In this document: one piece after another, positions 12,458 to 20,896 of the stretch
How the letters are laid out: each line of letters starts with the position of its first letter
How positions within the stretch are numbered: position 1 is the first letter of the stretch
NCBI GenBank assembly: GCA_964019425.1
Contig: OZ025804.1
Coordinates: forward strand, 124,001-188,000
Source of the DNA: Flectonema sp. DT1601
Taxonomy: Eukaryota
Length of the DNA: 64,000 bases
Direction: 5' to 3'
Program-made: the position numbers and the translations under genes
The notes under the pieces: model-generated
What the model was told of the DNA's origin: nothing
Database searches by the model: none
What the model saw: the letters and a program-made list of their open reading frames with translations, nothing else

Positions 12458-12464
12458 TTTATTT

Positions 12465-12519
12465 CAATAAAGTACAGAAACAATAAAGTACAGAAACTGT
12501 AGCTTTAGAATCGTTGGTT
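12465..12519 (-). other. Full 39-nt spliced-leader exon (12481-12519) followed by a 16-nt relict SL (nt 24-39; 12465-12480), 7 nt upstream of the ORF1 ATG
   Basis: Minus strand reads AACCAACGATTCTAAAGCTACAGTTTCTGTACTTTATTG TTTCTGTACTTTATTG AAATAAA ATG. The 39-nt length and CAGTTTCTGTACTTTATTG end match euglenozoan SL exons. No GT donor follows. Confidence 0.9.
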
Positions 12520-12615
12520 CTAGTATTTTTTTTTTTTTGTGTGCACCACGACCCGTGAGTCTGTGATGCTGATTGCGCTGTTAGGCGCGGTTGTTCTTTT
12601 TCTTTCTTTCTTTCT

Positions 12616-12743
12616 CACATGGCATCGTTTTTCGATCGCGATCCCCGTGATTTCCTTTTCCTCTTCTCTTTCCCACGCCGCGATCTCTCCAACAATCCGC
12701 AGCATTCAGCGTAGTCACACTTCACGCACATGACTACCCGCGG
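12616..12743. other. About 128-bp foreign insertion in the (GAAA)n tract of the A3 3' UTR
   Basis: Absent from A1 and A2 at the same position; flanked on both sides by TCTTTCT. Confidence 0.75.
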
Positions 12744-12925
12744 TCTTTCTTACTTTCTTTGTTTTGGGGGTTGGGGGTGGGAACCCCGTAGGCTTCGTAT
12801 CTCCTTTCTTTGTTTTGATAACTTAAAACTAATACTACAGAATAAATTGTCCACTTGGACGACTTCAGATGTGTTGCAATGATGCCTTCAATGTTGATAT
12901 TCGAAATGTCGATGTTTTAATAATA

Positions 12926-15900
12926 CTACCGTCCTAATAGTTGTGCCAGTCTGTCTAAGGTTGTGACAAAACCAGTCATCTGCTGTTGATTCGCAGGTAA
13001 GTAGCAGTCCTCCAGTTGGCATGCTTCCTCTCCCTTGTCATTCATCATGTGACTGATGTATTTTTCCCTCAAGGTTTCTATACACCAATGTTCGCATATA
13101 AATAATACATGATGTGCTGTCGCCTTTCCAAGTTTACAGAAAAAGCACAGCTCGTTCAGTCCTTTGATTATCAGAGATCTGCAATGTCCCACTCTAAAGC
13201 GTGACATCAGTACTTCCTCTGGTCGTGTTAGAGCTTCGATGTACGGAGGGTGTCTTACCTCTCCTGGTCCGATCCAGTTCTCCCTTTTTCTCCGCTTGTG
13301 AAACGTCATCAATGTTCCCATGTCAAGTTGAGTGGGCAGTTGTTTAATAATAACATCTTCGTGAGGTGGATCTTCCTTCAGGCCTGCAGCGAATTTCGCC
13401 AGTTGGTCCGCTACTTCGTTGTACCGCACGTTTCTGTGTGCCGGTACATACTGCATGTTGACTTGGATTCCCTTCTTCTCCAGTTTCATTGCCAACTTCC
13501 AGATCTTTTTGTTCATTGGGGACCTTTGTTTATATGGCCCTTGTTCCAATGCCTGCATGACTGACATCGAATCAGTCAACAGGTGCGTCGTTGTTGTTAG
13601 AGATTCATGTTCATCCTCCGCCACCTGAACTAAATTTTCCAACGCCAGTTTTACTGCAATCTGCTCGGTCCTATAAGAGGAACCCGCTACTGGTATTTTA
13701 TATCCAAGTAGACGCATCTTGCTTTCTTTTACTATGACCACAGCGGCAGCCGAGTCTGTCATGTAAGTCTCGGATTTGTGTCTTATCGACCCGTCAGTGT
13801 AGACTTTCATCTCGTGAGTTGGTAGTTCAGCTTCTCGCTGTTCAGCCTCTTCCTTGTTACTTGAATATGTGAATCTCATCGCACTAGTACTTTTCCATGG
13901 AGGGACAGTGTAGTGTTCTGGGTTCACTTCCAGGTTGGTAATGCTCCGGTAATTGTCAAGGCCAGGGACACCAGAGACATAGTCTATCCAGACATTCCAT
14001 CCCCATTTCGATTTTTGGTATAATTCTGAACTCCCTGTTCTCGTCAGCTTGCGAGTCGGTAGGAACGGACTCAATTTGAAACGTTCGTAAGTTCTACACA
14101 TCTTATACTGGATGTGTTCCTTTAGTCTTGGCGTATCGGCTTCTTTGTAAAGTCTCTGTAGTTTGGTGCTCCGCAGACATCCAGTTACCAGCCTCACTGC
14201 CCTGTTTACCAGTAATTCCAGTTGTTCGAAGCACTCTTTTGGTAGCATCCAAGCAAAGCTTTCAACACCATAAAGCACCCTTGCTAACACCACCGTCACC
14301 AGTATACTGATGAGTGTCCTCTTTCTACAGCCTATCCTGGTGAGTCTAACCAACAAGCCTAGACCCTTGGAAGCAGCTGTCATCATCTTTTGAATTTGCG
14401 ACTTAAAGGTTAACTTCTCGTCATAATGTACGCCTAGATACCGCACGGTATTCGTCTTGTGAACTTTTCGTCCAACCGCATAGGCAAATCCGTGTAGTCC
14501 GGGTCCCACTCTTTGCAGCATCTTATCTATTTCTGCCTTGTTGTGGACTTTCTTCAGTTGTGAGAAGCTGGCACTCATCTTCATTGTTTTCAGTACCGCC
14601 GGTTTATTCGGTAGCTTGACTTTGATCTTATGTTTTGGAACGACGTACAGGTGAGTGATGGCGAATTCTTCTTTTGAAACTACAGTTGTTGAGTTATCAT
14701 CCTTCACAAGGTTACTCATTTGTTCTGCCGTGGCCACCACATATTTAAATGTGTGTTCTTCAGAGTATACTACTACTGGGGACTTGTCATGTGTTCCTCT
14801 TGGCCTCACGTGAATGTATTCCGTCTTGCCAGGGTTCTTATTGATTTTGATGTGTGAGTCAAGTGCCCACCTTTCAAATATTTTGACTGCGTTGTTAACC
14901 TTGTTTTCTAAACAGCTGACAGTGCCCGCGGTTATTACTATTCCAACATCATCTGCAAAGACAGTCGGTTCGTACATCTCTAGTTTATCTATCAAATCGT
15001 TTATGAAGATAGAGAATAACTGGGGTCCCAGCACGCTTCCTTGTGGCACTCCTACTCGAATGTTCCGGAATGCTCCCTTCACTCCATTCACCCTTGTTGA
15101 AATCTTCCTGCTAGTCAAGTAGTTTTGAACCCACCGTAGATATTTCGTTGGTGGTCCTATTTTGGACATCTTATTTAGAAGAGTTACCGGTTGAACTGCA
15201 TCGAAGGCTTTTTGTAGGTCGAAGGTGATTAATATCGCTTCTTCTCCCATTGCCTTGGCACTTTTGAGTTTGTCTGTAACTATACAGAGATTTTCAATGG
15301 AATCCCGTCCTCGTTTGTAGGCTGCTTGCCTCGGATTCATTCTGTCTTTCAACAGGTGGTGCATCCGTTCCACGACCATTCTTTCAAAGAGTTTCGAGAC
15401 GGTCGAGGTTAGTGCTATCGGTCTGTACGATAAGACTTGTTTCTTGTCTTTATCAGGTTTCAGTATGGGTATTACCATTCCACTTTTCCAGCACCTGGGT
15501 ACTGCTGATCGTTGCCATGAGAGGTTGAATAGTCTTAGTAGTTGCTCGAGGAAAGCTTTTGGAAGTTGTTTTAACATCGAGTTCCAGATGTGGTCAGGTC
15601 CAGGTGCCTTCTTCTCCTTTGTTTTTGAAATTTGTCGTTCCAGTTCAGGCATTCCAAATTCCACCGAGTTGTCATCAGGTATTCCTTGTAAGGTTGGTTC
15701 ACCGTCTTCGAATTTGAATTGGTCTGCGTATGTTTTGGTGAAGACATCTGCCATCTCCCGCGGGTCGGTTAATTCCTTCTCACCATCGACAATCTTAGTA
15801 ATTGAATGGTCCATCATTCTACCTTCCAGTTGTTTAACTTTTCTAAAGGCCCATCGGTAGTCCATTCCAGTCATGTCGCACTCAATGATCTTCTGTTTGA

Positions 15901-16843
15901 TCATATTGATACCTCTTTCAATTGCTTCTGAGTCTGTCTTATCAGGGTCAGTCTCTGCCATTAAATCTTCCAATTCTGAATCCCTCACAGCGAAGGTACT
16001 ACTTGACTTTTTGTTGTAGCCTGGGATGGCCCTTCTCGCTGCTCTCAGAATCTCGTTGTTGATCCTATTAGCTAGTTTCTGCACATACTTAATTCTTTCT
16101 AATTTGGGCGCTGCCCTTTCCAACAATATTTTATAATAATTCCAATCGGCACAGTGCCACTTCCATTTCCATGTTCCAGAACTCTCTTTTGAATATTCAT
16201 CTGTTTTGATATCTTCGATTGTCAGTTTGAGCGGCAGGTGATCGCTGCCCCATCCCTTCATGAGTTCGATTTGTGCATCCAAAGAAATATCTAATGCAAT
16301 TACATCCGGAGAGGCTGAGCTCTGTGGTCTTGTGTGTTGTTGAGGTTTGTTTAGAATTTGAATTGCTGCTTCTAGTGACCAATCGTAGAAGCTGTTACCA
16401 GTAATGTTCGTATTTCCATTTGACCAAGTTGAATGGTGTCCATTAATGTCACCCGCAATCAATGTGCCGGGCTCTGTTTTAAACTTCCATGTTGTTGCCT
16501 TGATTTCAGGCGGGTGGTAAACATTGTGAATTGTCAATGGCGGATTAGATTGAAGTACTACTGTTAATATCTCAGTTTGGTCATGTGAGATGTCGGGGTG
16601 TTTTAATATTATCTTATTTAAATCATTTCTGACCAGAGTGACGAGTCCTCGATGACCTGACTTGATGGTGCTATCTCGCCTGTGGATTGAATATCCTTCA
16701 ATAGCGAAGTGTTTTTCTTTAGATAACCACGTTTCCTGCAGTAGTACTACTTCAGGCTTTTCTTCTTTCAGTGCCCAGTTCAATCGAAAGTAATTTTCTG
16801 GTTTCAGAACTGAGCGTATGTTATTTGACCAGATCACAATCAT
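12926..16843 (-). CDS. ORF2 of A3 (APE-RT-RNase H-CCHC, 1305 aa)
   Basis: Same motifs as A2 ORF2 and nearly identical sequence. Confidence 0.96.
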   Translation of the reverse strand: MIVIWSNNIRSVLKPENYFRLNWALKEEKPEVVLLQETWLSKEKHFAIEGYSIHRRDSTIKSGHRGLVTLVRNDLNKIILKHPDISHDQTEILTVVLQSNPPLTIHNVYHPPEIKATTWKFKTEPGTLIAGDINGHHSTWSNGNTNITGNSFYDWSLEAAIQILNKPQQHTRPQSSASPDVIALDISLDAQIELMKGWGSDHLPLKLTIEDIKTDEYSKESSGTWKWKWHCADWNYYKILLERAAPKLERIKYVQKLANRINNEILRAARRAIPGYNKKSSSTFAVRDSELEDLMAETDPDKTDSEAIERGINMIKQKIIECDMTGMDYRWAFRKVKQLEGRMMDHSITKIVDGEKELTDPREMADVFTKTYADQFKFEDGEPTLQGIPDDNSVEFGMPELERQISKTKEKKAPGPDHIWNSMLKQLPKAFLEQLLRLFNLSWQRSAVPRCWKSGMVIPILKPDKDKKQVLSYRPIALTSTVSKLFERMVVERMHHLLKDRMNPRQAAYKRGRDSIENLCIVTDKLKSAKAMGEEAILITFDLQKAFDAVQPVTLLNKMSKIGPPTKYLRWVQNYLTSRKISTRVNGVKGAFRNIRVGVPQGSVLGPQLFSIFINDLIDKLEMYEPTVFADDVGIVITAGTVSCLENKVNNAVKIFERWALDSHIKINKNPGKTEYIHVRPRGTHDKSPVVVYSEEHTFKYVVATAEQMSNLVKDDNSTTVVSKEEFAITHLYVVPKHKIKVKLPNKPAVLKTMKMSASFSQLKKVHNKAEIDKMLQRVGPGLHGFAYAVGRKVHKTNTVRYLGVHYDEKLTFKSQIQKMMTAASKGLGLLVRLTRIGCRKRTLISILVTVVLARVLYGVESFAWMLPKECFEQLELLVNRAVRLVTGCLRSTKLQRLYKEADTPRLKEHIQYKMCRTYERFKLSPFLPTRKLTRTGSSELYQKSKWGWNVWIDYVSGVPGLDNYRSITNLEVNPEHYTVPPWKSTSAMRFTYSSNKEEAEQREAELPTHEMKVYTDGSIRHKSETYMTDSAAAVVIVKESKMRLLGYKIPVAGSSYRTEQIAVKLALENLVQVAEDEHESLTTTTHLLTDSMSVMQALEQGPYKQRSPMNKKIWKLAMKLEKKGIQVNMQYVPAHRNVRYNEVADQLAKFAAGLKEDPPHEDVIIKQLPTQLDMGTLMTFHKRRKRENWIGPGEVRHPPYIEALTRPEEVLMSRFRVGHCRSLIIKGLNELCFFCKLGKATAHHVLFICEHWCIETLREKYISHMMNDKGEEACQLEDCYLPANQQQMTGFVTTLDRLAQLLGR

Positions 16844-18702
16844 GATTGGCCAGTGTTGTTCCTATTGGTCGCACTTGTAGTAATCTTGTTCATACCAAGA
16901 TTGTTCTCAATCCTCTTGACAGCTTCTATCAACGAAGTGATGGCTGTCGCCATGTTGTTGTTGGCTGCTTCGTTCTTTTTCGTAGTTTGCACCAGGGTTT
17001 CTACAATCCCGGTTATCTGTGCCATGCCTTCATCAAGTCGAACTTGCATGTCCTTCACTTCTTTCTGGAGACGTTCGATAGTCTCGTTCGTTTTCTCTCT
17101 CAGGCTGTTGACGTTGTTTTCTACAACCTGAACTTCGGCCGTTGGTTTCTTCGTTGTCGGGAGTGACCTCTTGACCGCTGCTGCGTACGATGTTCTAGCC
17201 TCACGGTACTTAACTACAACAGGTTTCGCTGTTTCCTTCGCCTTCACTTCTGTTTCTAACTTTTCAATGAGGATGACAATATCACCACACTGTACAAACC
17301 TTGATTCTGGTTTCTTGTCCAGTGCGATGATAAAGTCACCTCTGTCCATCCTTATAAACTTTGACTTCAGTCCTATCTCCAATAGGATATTCCGAAGTCT
17401 GTTTCCCCAGCTGTAAGGTGCTCCACTGAGACGGTGGAGCCCTTCGCCAAACACTGTGGATGCATATTTACCAGCACCCTTTCTGACTTTATCAACATCC
17501 TTTTGATAAACCACCCTCAATCCAATCTTGCCATGTATGATGGTGAGTCCATGGCAGAGGTCATGTTGGGCTTTAAGTATGCCAACTGCCTCTTCGTTCG
17601 TTGTCTTGCGGTCCAGCCACACTGTAGTGTACTGAGTGGGTGTCTGTCCCGCCACTGATTTGATCCGGAAATAAACATTTCCTATTCCGGAGTTTCTTAA
17701 TAATGCAACAGCTGCATCCACGTCGTTTGGGAGAACAGTGAGTTCTACGTAGTCTTTGCCAACGTATCTGTAGGAGCGTTGATCGACTCTTCCGTGTTGT
17801 GCCACAACAGCTTTGACAATTGCTGTTACAGCTGCCGGGTTTTGGACTTGTGACTTGGTCAACTCTTTAGTTGTTATCCACGCAATTAATTCGTGGGTCA
17901 CCGGTGCGTTGATCTTCTTAGCTATTGTTAGAGTTGGGCGGTGGATCGTGCCAGACAAAGCAACGAACCACCAGCTTCTTATTCTTAATTGTCCATCAAA
18001 CTGGACCGGCGTTTGTATCTGACTGCAGTCAGTTGCGTGTTGTAGGGCACGTTTTGGAGGTGGTCGTGTGAACACCGTCGTCAGTTGCTTCGTTTTGCTG
18101 GCCTTTTCGAAGTAGTCTTCGTCCAGGCTTCTTGCTTGTTGAGATAATGCAAGTATAATGCCGTTGGTCTTGCTGTTGAGGGTCTCAGTTGGCTGGAGTA
18201 TTTTGCATTTAAAATGCTCCTTGTTGAGTTTCGGTGGTGGCCCATCCATAATCACCGTTGATCTTCTTTGTGCCTCTTTGATTTGAGGGCTTGCTTGGGG
18301 TGCCTCATTTGACGGAGGGCTTTGTTTCGTTTTTAATACACTTCCTTGTGCCTCTATGTTTTGAGGGCTTATTTGAATTGCCTCCTTGTTTTGAGGGCTT
18401 GTCTTAGTTTGAGTTGCCTCCTTGTTTTGAGGGCTTGCTTGAAATGCTGCGGGAGGTCCTACTACGGTCACTTCTACTGCTATTCCTTCCGGTACTTCTG
18501 GAGAGTCCATCTCCATTTCTTCCTCTGATACTTCTGGTGATTCTCCCATCACCACGTCCTCGTCTTCTCGCTGTTGGGTCTCTTCTTCTTCCCGGATCTC
18601 ATTTCTGGCTTGTTCCCTCATCATCTTCGCCTCTTTCCTTTCTCTTTCTCTCCTTTCTGCAGCCCTTCTATCTTGCGGACGCATTGCTTTCTTTCCAGCC
18701 AT
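16840..18702 (-). CDS. ORF1 of A3 (620 aa)
   Basis: Near-identical to A2 ORF1; ATGA overlap with ORF2. Confidence 0.88.
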   Translation of the reverse strand: MAGKKAMRPQDRRAAERRERERKEAKMMREQARNEIREEEETQQREDEDVVMGESPEVSEEEMEMDSPEVPEGIAVEVTVVGPPAAFQASPQNKEATQTKTSPQNKEAIQISPQNIEAQGSVLKTKQSPPSNEAPQASPQIKEAQRRSTVIMDGPPPKLNKEHFKCKILQPTETLNSKTNGIILALSQQARSLDEDYFEKASKTKQLTTVFTRPPPKRALQHATDCSQIQTPVQFDGQLRIRSWWFVALSGTIHRPTLTIAKKINAPVTHELIAWITTKELTKSQVQNPAAVTAIVKAVVAQHGRVDQRSYRYVGKDYVELTVLPNDVDAAVALLRNSGIGNVYFRIKSVAGQTPTQYTTVWLDRKTTNEEAVGILKAQHDLCHGLTIIHGKIGLRVVYQKDVDKVRKGAGKYASTVFGEGLHRLSGAPYSWGNRLRNILLEIGLKSKFIRMDRGDFIIALDKKPESRFVQCGDIVILIEKLETEVKAKETAKPVVVKYREARTSYAAAVKRSLPTTKKPTAEVQVVENNVNSLREKTNETIERLQKEVKDMQVRLDEGMAQITGIVETLVQTTKKNEAANNNMATAITSLIEAVKRIENNLGMNKITTSATNRNNTGQS

Positions 18703-18748
18703 TTTAATTTTTTTTTTTTTTTACGTACGTACGTTAAGACAATAAAGT

Positions 18749-20642
18749 ACAGTAATTATCTTGCATCCTTTGGGCACCTGTTTGGAAGAAAGGAAACATG
18801 AGAAACAAATCACTCGGTGATATCAATAAACTAAACAATGGTCAACTTGGTGGACTACCCATGCGAGTAGGTCACCGCGTTGGGGTTGTGGTGGGTCCGC
18901 CATGGATGGGCTGGACGCCGCTGCCGGTCCCAGTTCTGTTCGTTGGGTTGCCGGCGATGGAGGGTCGGTGGGTGGGACTTTTTTTTTTTTTTTTTTTAAA
19001 AAGGTGTGGGTGGGTGGGAATTTAAAATTCGTGAAAAAGGTATGCGCGAAACGGGGTTCGAAATCTGATAAATGGGTGTGAATTAAGAATTGGTATTAAG
19101 AAACTAATAATCATAATGTTGGATTTACATTATGGGAACGCATCGAAAAATTCGATGCTTGGTGAAACGGTGCTTTGGGATGCTGCAAATTACTGAAATA
19201 TATTTAACAGTAATTATCTTGCATCCTTTGGGCACCTGTTTGGAAGAAAGGAAACATGAGAAACAAATCACTCGGTGATATCAATAAACTAAACAATGGT
19301 CAACTTGGTGGACTACCCATGCGAGTAGGTCACCGCGTTGGGGTTGTGGTGGGTCCGCCATGGATGGGCTGGACGCCGCTGCCGGTCCCAGTTCTGTTCG
19401 TTGGGTTGCCGGCTCCACCACCCCGCCGCGAGTTAAAGAATTCCCCCAGCGCAAGTTCTACCTTCTGCCTGGTAGCCGAAGATATTGCTTCCCTAGATGG
19501 AATATCTGCTGGGTTGTACTTCGTACTCACCCATTTTAAAGAAAAAGAACACTTAAAAAACAAAATTCTCTCCACTGCTTTTATAACAAAAAAGTTCAAA
19601 TCATGCGATCTTACACACATTCTCTTCCTGAATGCTCCACATACCGAGGTATTGTCTACCCAGATGTCCAGGTGGTCAGCATGGCTGATTCCATCCAGAG
19701 TCCTGGCCAGAGCATCAGCTTCAAGAATGTTAATGTGGCGACTCTCACCATATGGCCATGCCCCTCCCAGGATTTCCAATTCTCCAGATTCCCAAACAAT
19801 AACCCCGCCCCACCCTTGGAGCGAGGCATCAACAAATACCTCAGCTTTCTTTTTCTTTGTCCCATTCAACTTAATGATCCTTTTCTTCTGGACCGACTTA
19901 CACCAATTGAAAAACTCTCTTTTCACAGAGGGGGGAATAACCACTTCCTGTTCAACACGTAAAGAGCCCTTGTTGAGCTTGTTTGTTACTCTTCTCAGAA
20001 ACTTTAAAGCAAACCAGTAACGCCCAGGTGGAACACCTGAAATTGCACTTGCATGTAGAAGTCTCCCCCCTAATGACTCGATACTCGAGGCAGTCATACG
20101 ATTTAAATCACACTTGAAAATACCTCTTCTAATCTTGGCACCTAAGCCCACTTCCTTTGCATTATGTAAAAAAGAAACACCAAGAAAATCATAAGATCCA
20201 CCACAGTTAACTGTATCCTGTGGTTTCCAAGAAATGTTGCATTCAGATGCCAGTTTATCCAATCTTTCTGTTGCACTGTGCACCTTCTCCCTTCCACCGA
20301 AATACCTGATATTGTCGATCCACCAATGGATCCCAACATCCTTCTCCGCATACCTGTCCTTGACAAAAAGCGGGTCACCTGCTACCACAGCAGCCACGGT
20401 GTTCATTATTTCCGGTGCACAAACATGCCCCATGGGCAGTCTGGTCAAGGCATTTAAAATTCGTGAAAAAGGTATGCGCGAAACGGGGTTCGAAATCTGA
20501 TAAATGGGTGTGAATTAAGAATTGGTATTAAGAAACTAATAATCATAATGTTGGATTTACATTATGGGAACGCATCGAAAAATTCGATGCTTGGTGAAAC
20601 GGTGCTTTGGGATGCTGCAAATTACTGAAATATATTTAACAG
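18749..20642 (-). mobile_element. Internally deleted tyrosine-recombinase-type (DIRS order; TATE/VIPER/Ngaro-like) retroelement with split direct repeats
   Basis: A 191-bp repeat occurs at 20452-20642 and 19020-19210, and a 207-bp repeat at 19207-19413 and 18749-18955. On the minus strand this gives A1-coding-B1-A2-B2. Both ends and the B1/A2 junction share CTGT. Encodes an RT/RNase H remnant. Confidence 0.82.
19330..20448 (-). pseudogene. C-terminal RT plus RNase H fragment of the YR-type element
   Basis: RT-like LPMG, WWIDNI and DFLG; RNase H-like VFVDAS..GWG, HINILEA, WVDNT and NPADIPSR. The RT N-terminus, gag and recombinase are missing. Confidence 0.8.
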
Positions 20643-20896
20643 AAACTGTAGCTTTAGAATCGTTTTTTTTTTTTTTTTTTTTTTTTGTGTGCACAGCAGG
20701 TTCCTTCGACCTGCTTTGCTGTTTGCGCTGTTAGGCGCGGTTGTTCTTTCTTTCTTCTGTAAACTTTCTTTTTGTGGGGATTGGGGATGGGATGGGGGGT
20801 TCCCGTAGGCTTCGTATCTTCTTTGTTTTCTTTGTTTATCAATTACTAAAGAGTTCAGTTTACTTCCTCATTTGGTCTAAGAACCGCATCTTTAAA

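Larger units (their letters stand above)
6382..12519 (-). mobile_element. Non-LTR retrotransposon family A, copy A2, full length (I-group/Ingi-like, two ORFs, SL at 5' end, poly(A) tail)
   Basis: Poly(A) at 6382-6409; intact ORF1 and ORF2; SL sequences at 12465-12519. Confidence 0.95.
12526..20664 (-). mobile_element. Family A copy A3, full length; its 5' SL is interrupted by a nested YR-type element
   Basis: Poly(A) at 12526-12538; intact ORFs; SL nt 27-39 at 18740-18752 and SL nt 5-30 at 20639-20664. Confidence 0.93.

Noticed and set aside
12481..12519. Functional SL RNA gene
   Set aside because: The exon is not followed by a GT donor, SL intron or Sm-site-like sequence; it is fused to retroelement ORF1.
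18749..20642. LTR retrotransposon or CRISPR-like repeats
   Set aside because: The repeats are two different units of about 200 bp in a split arrangement, without TG..CA ends or spacer periodicity.
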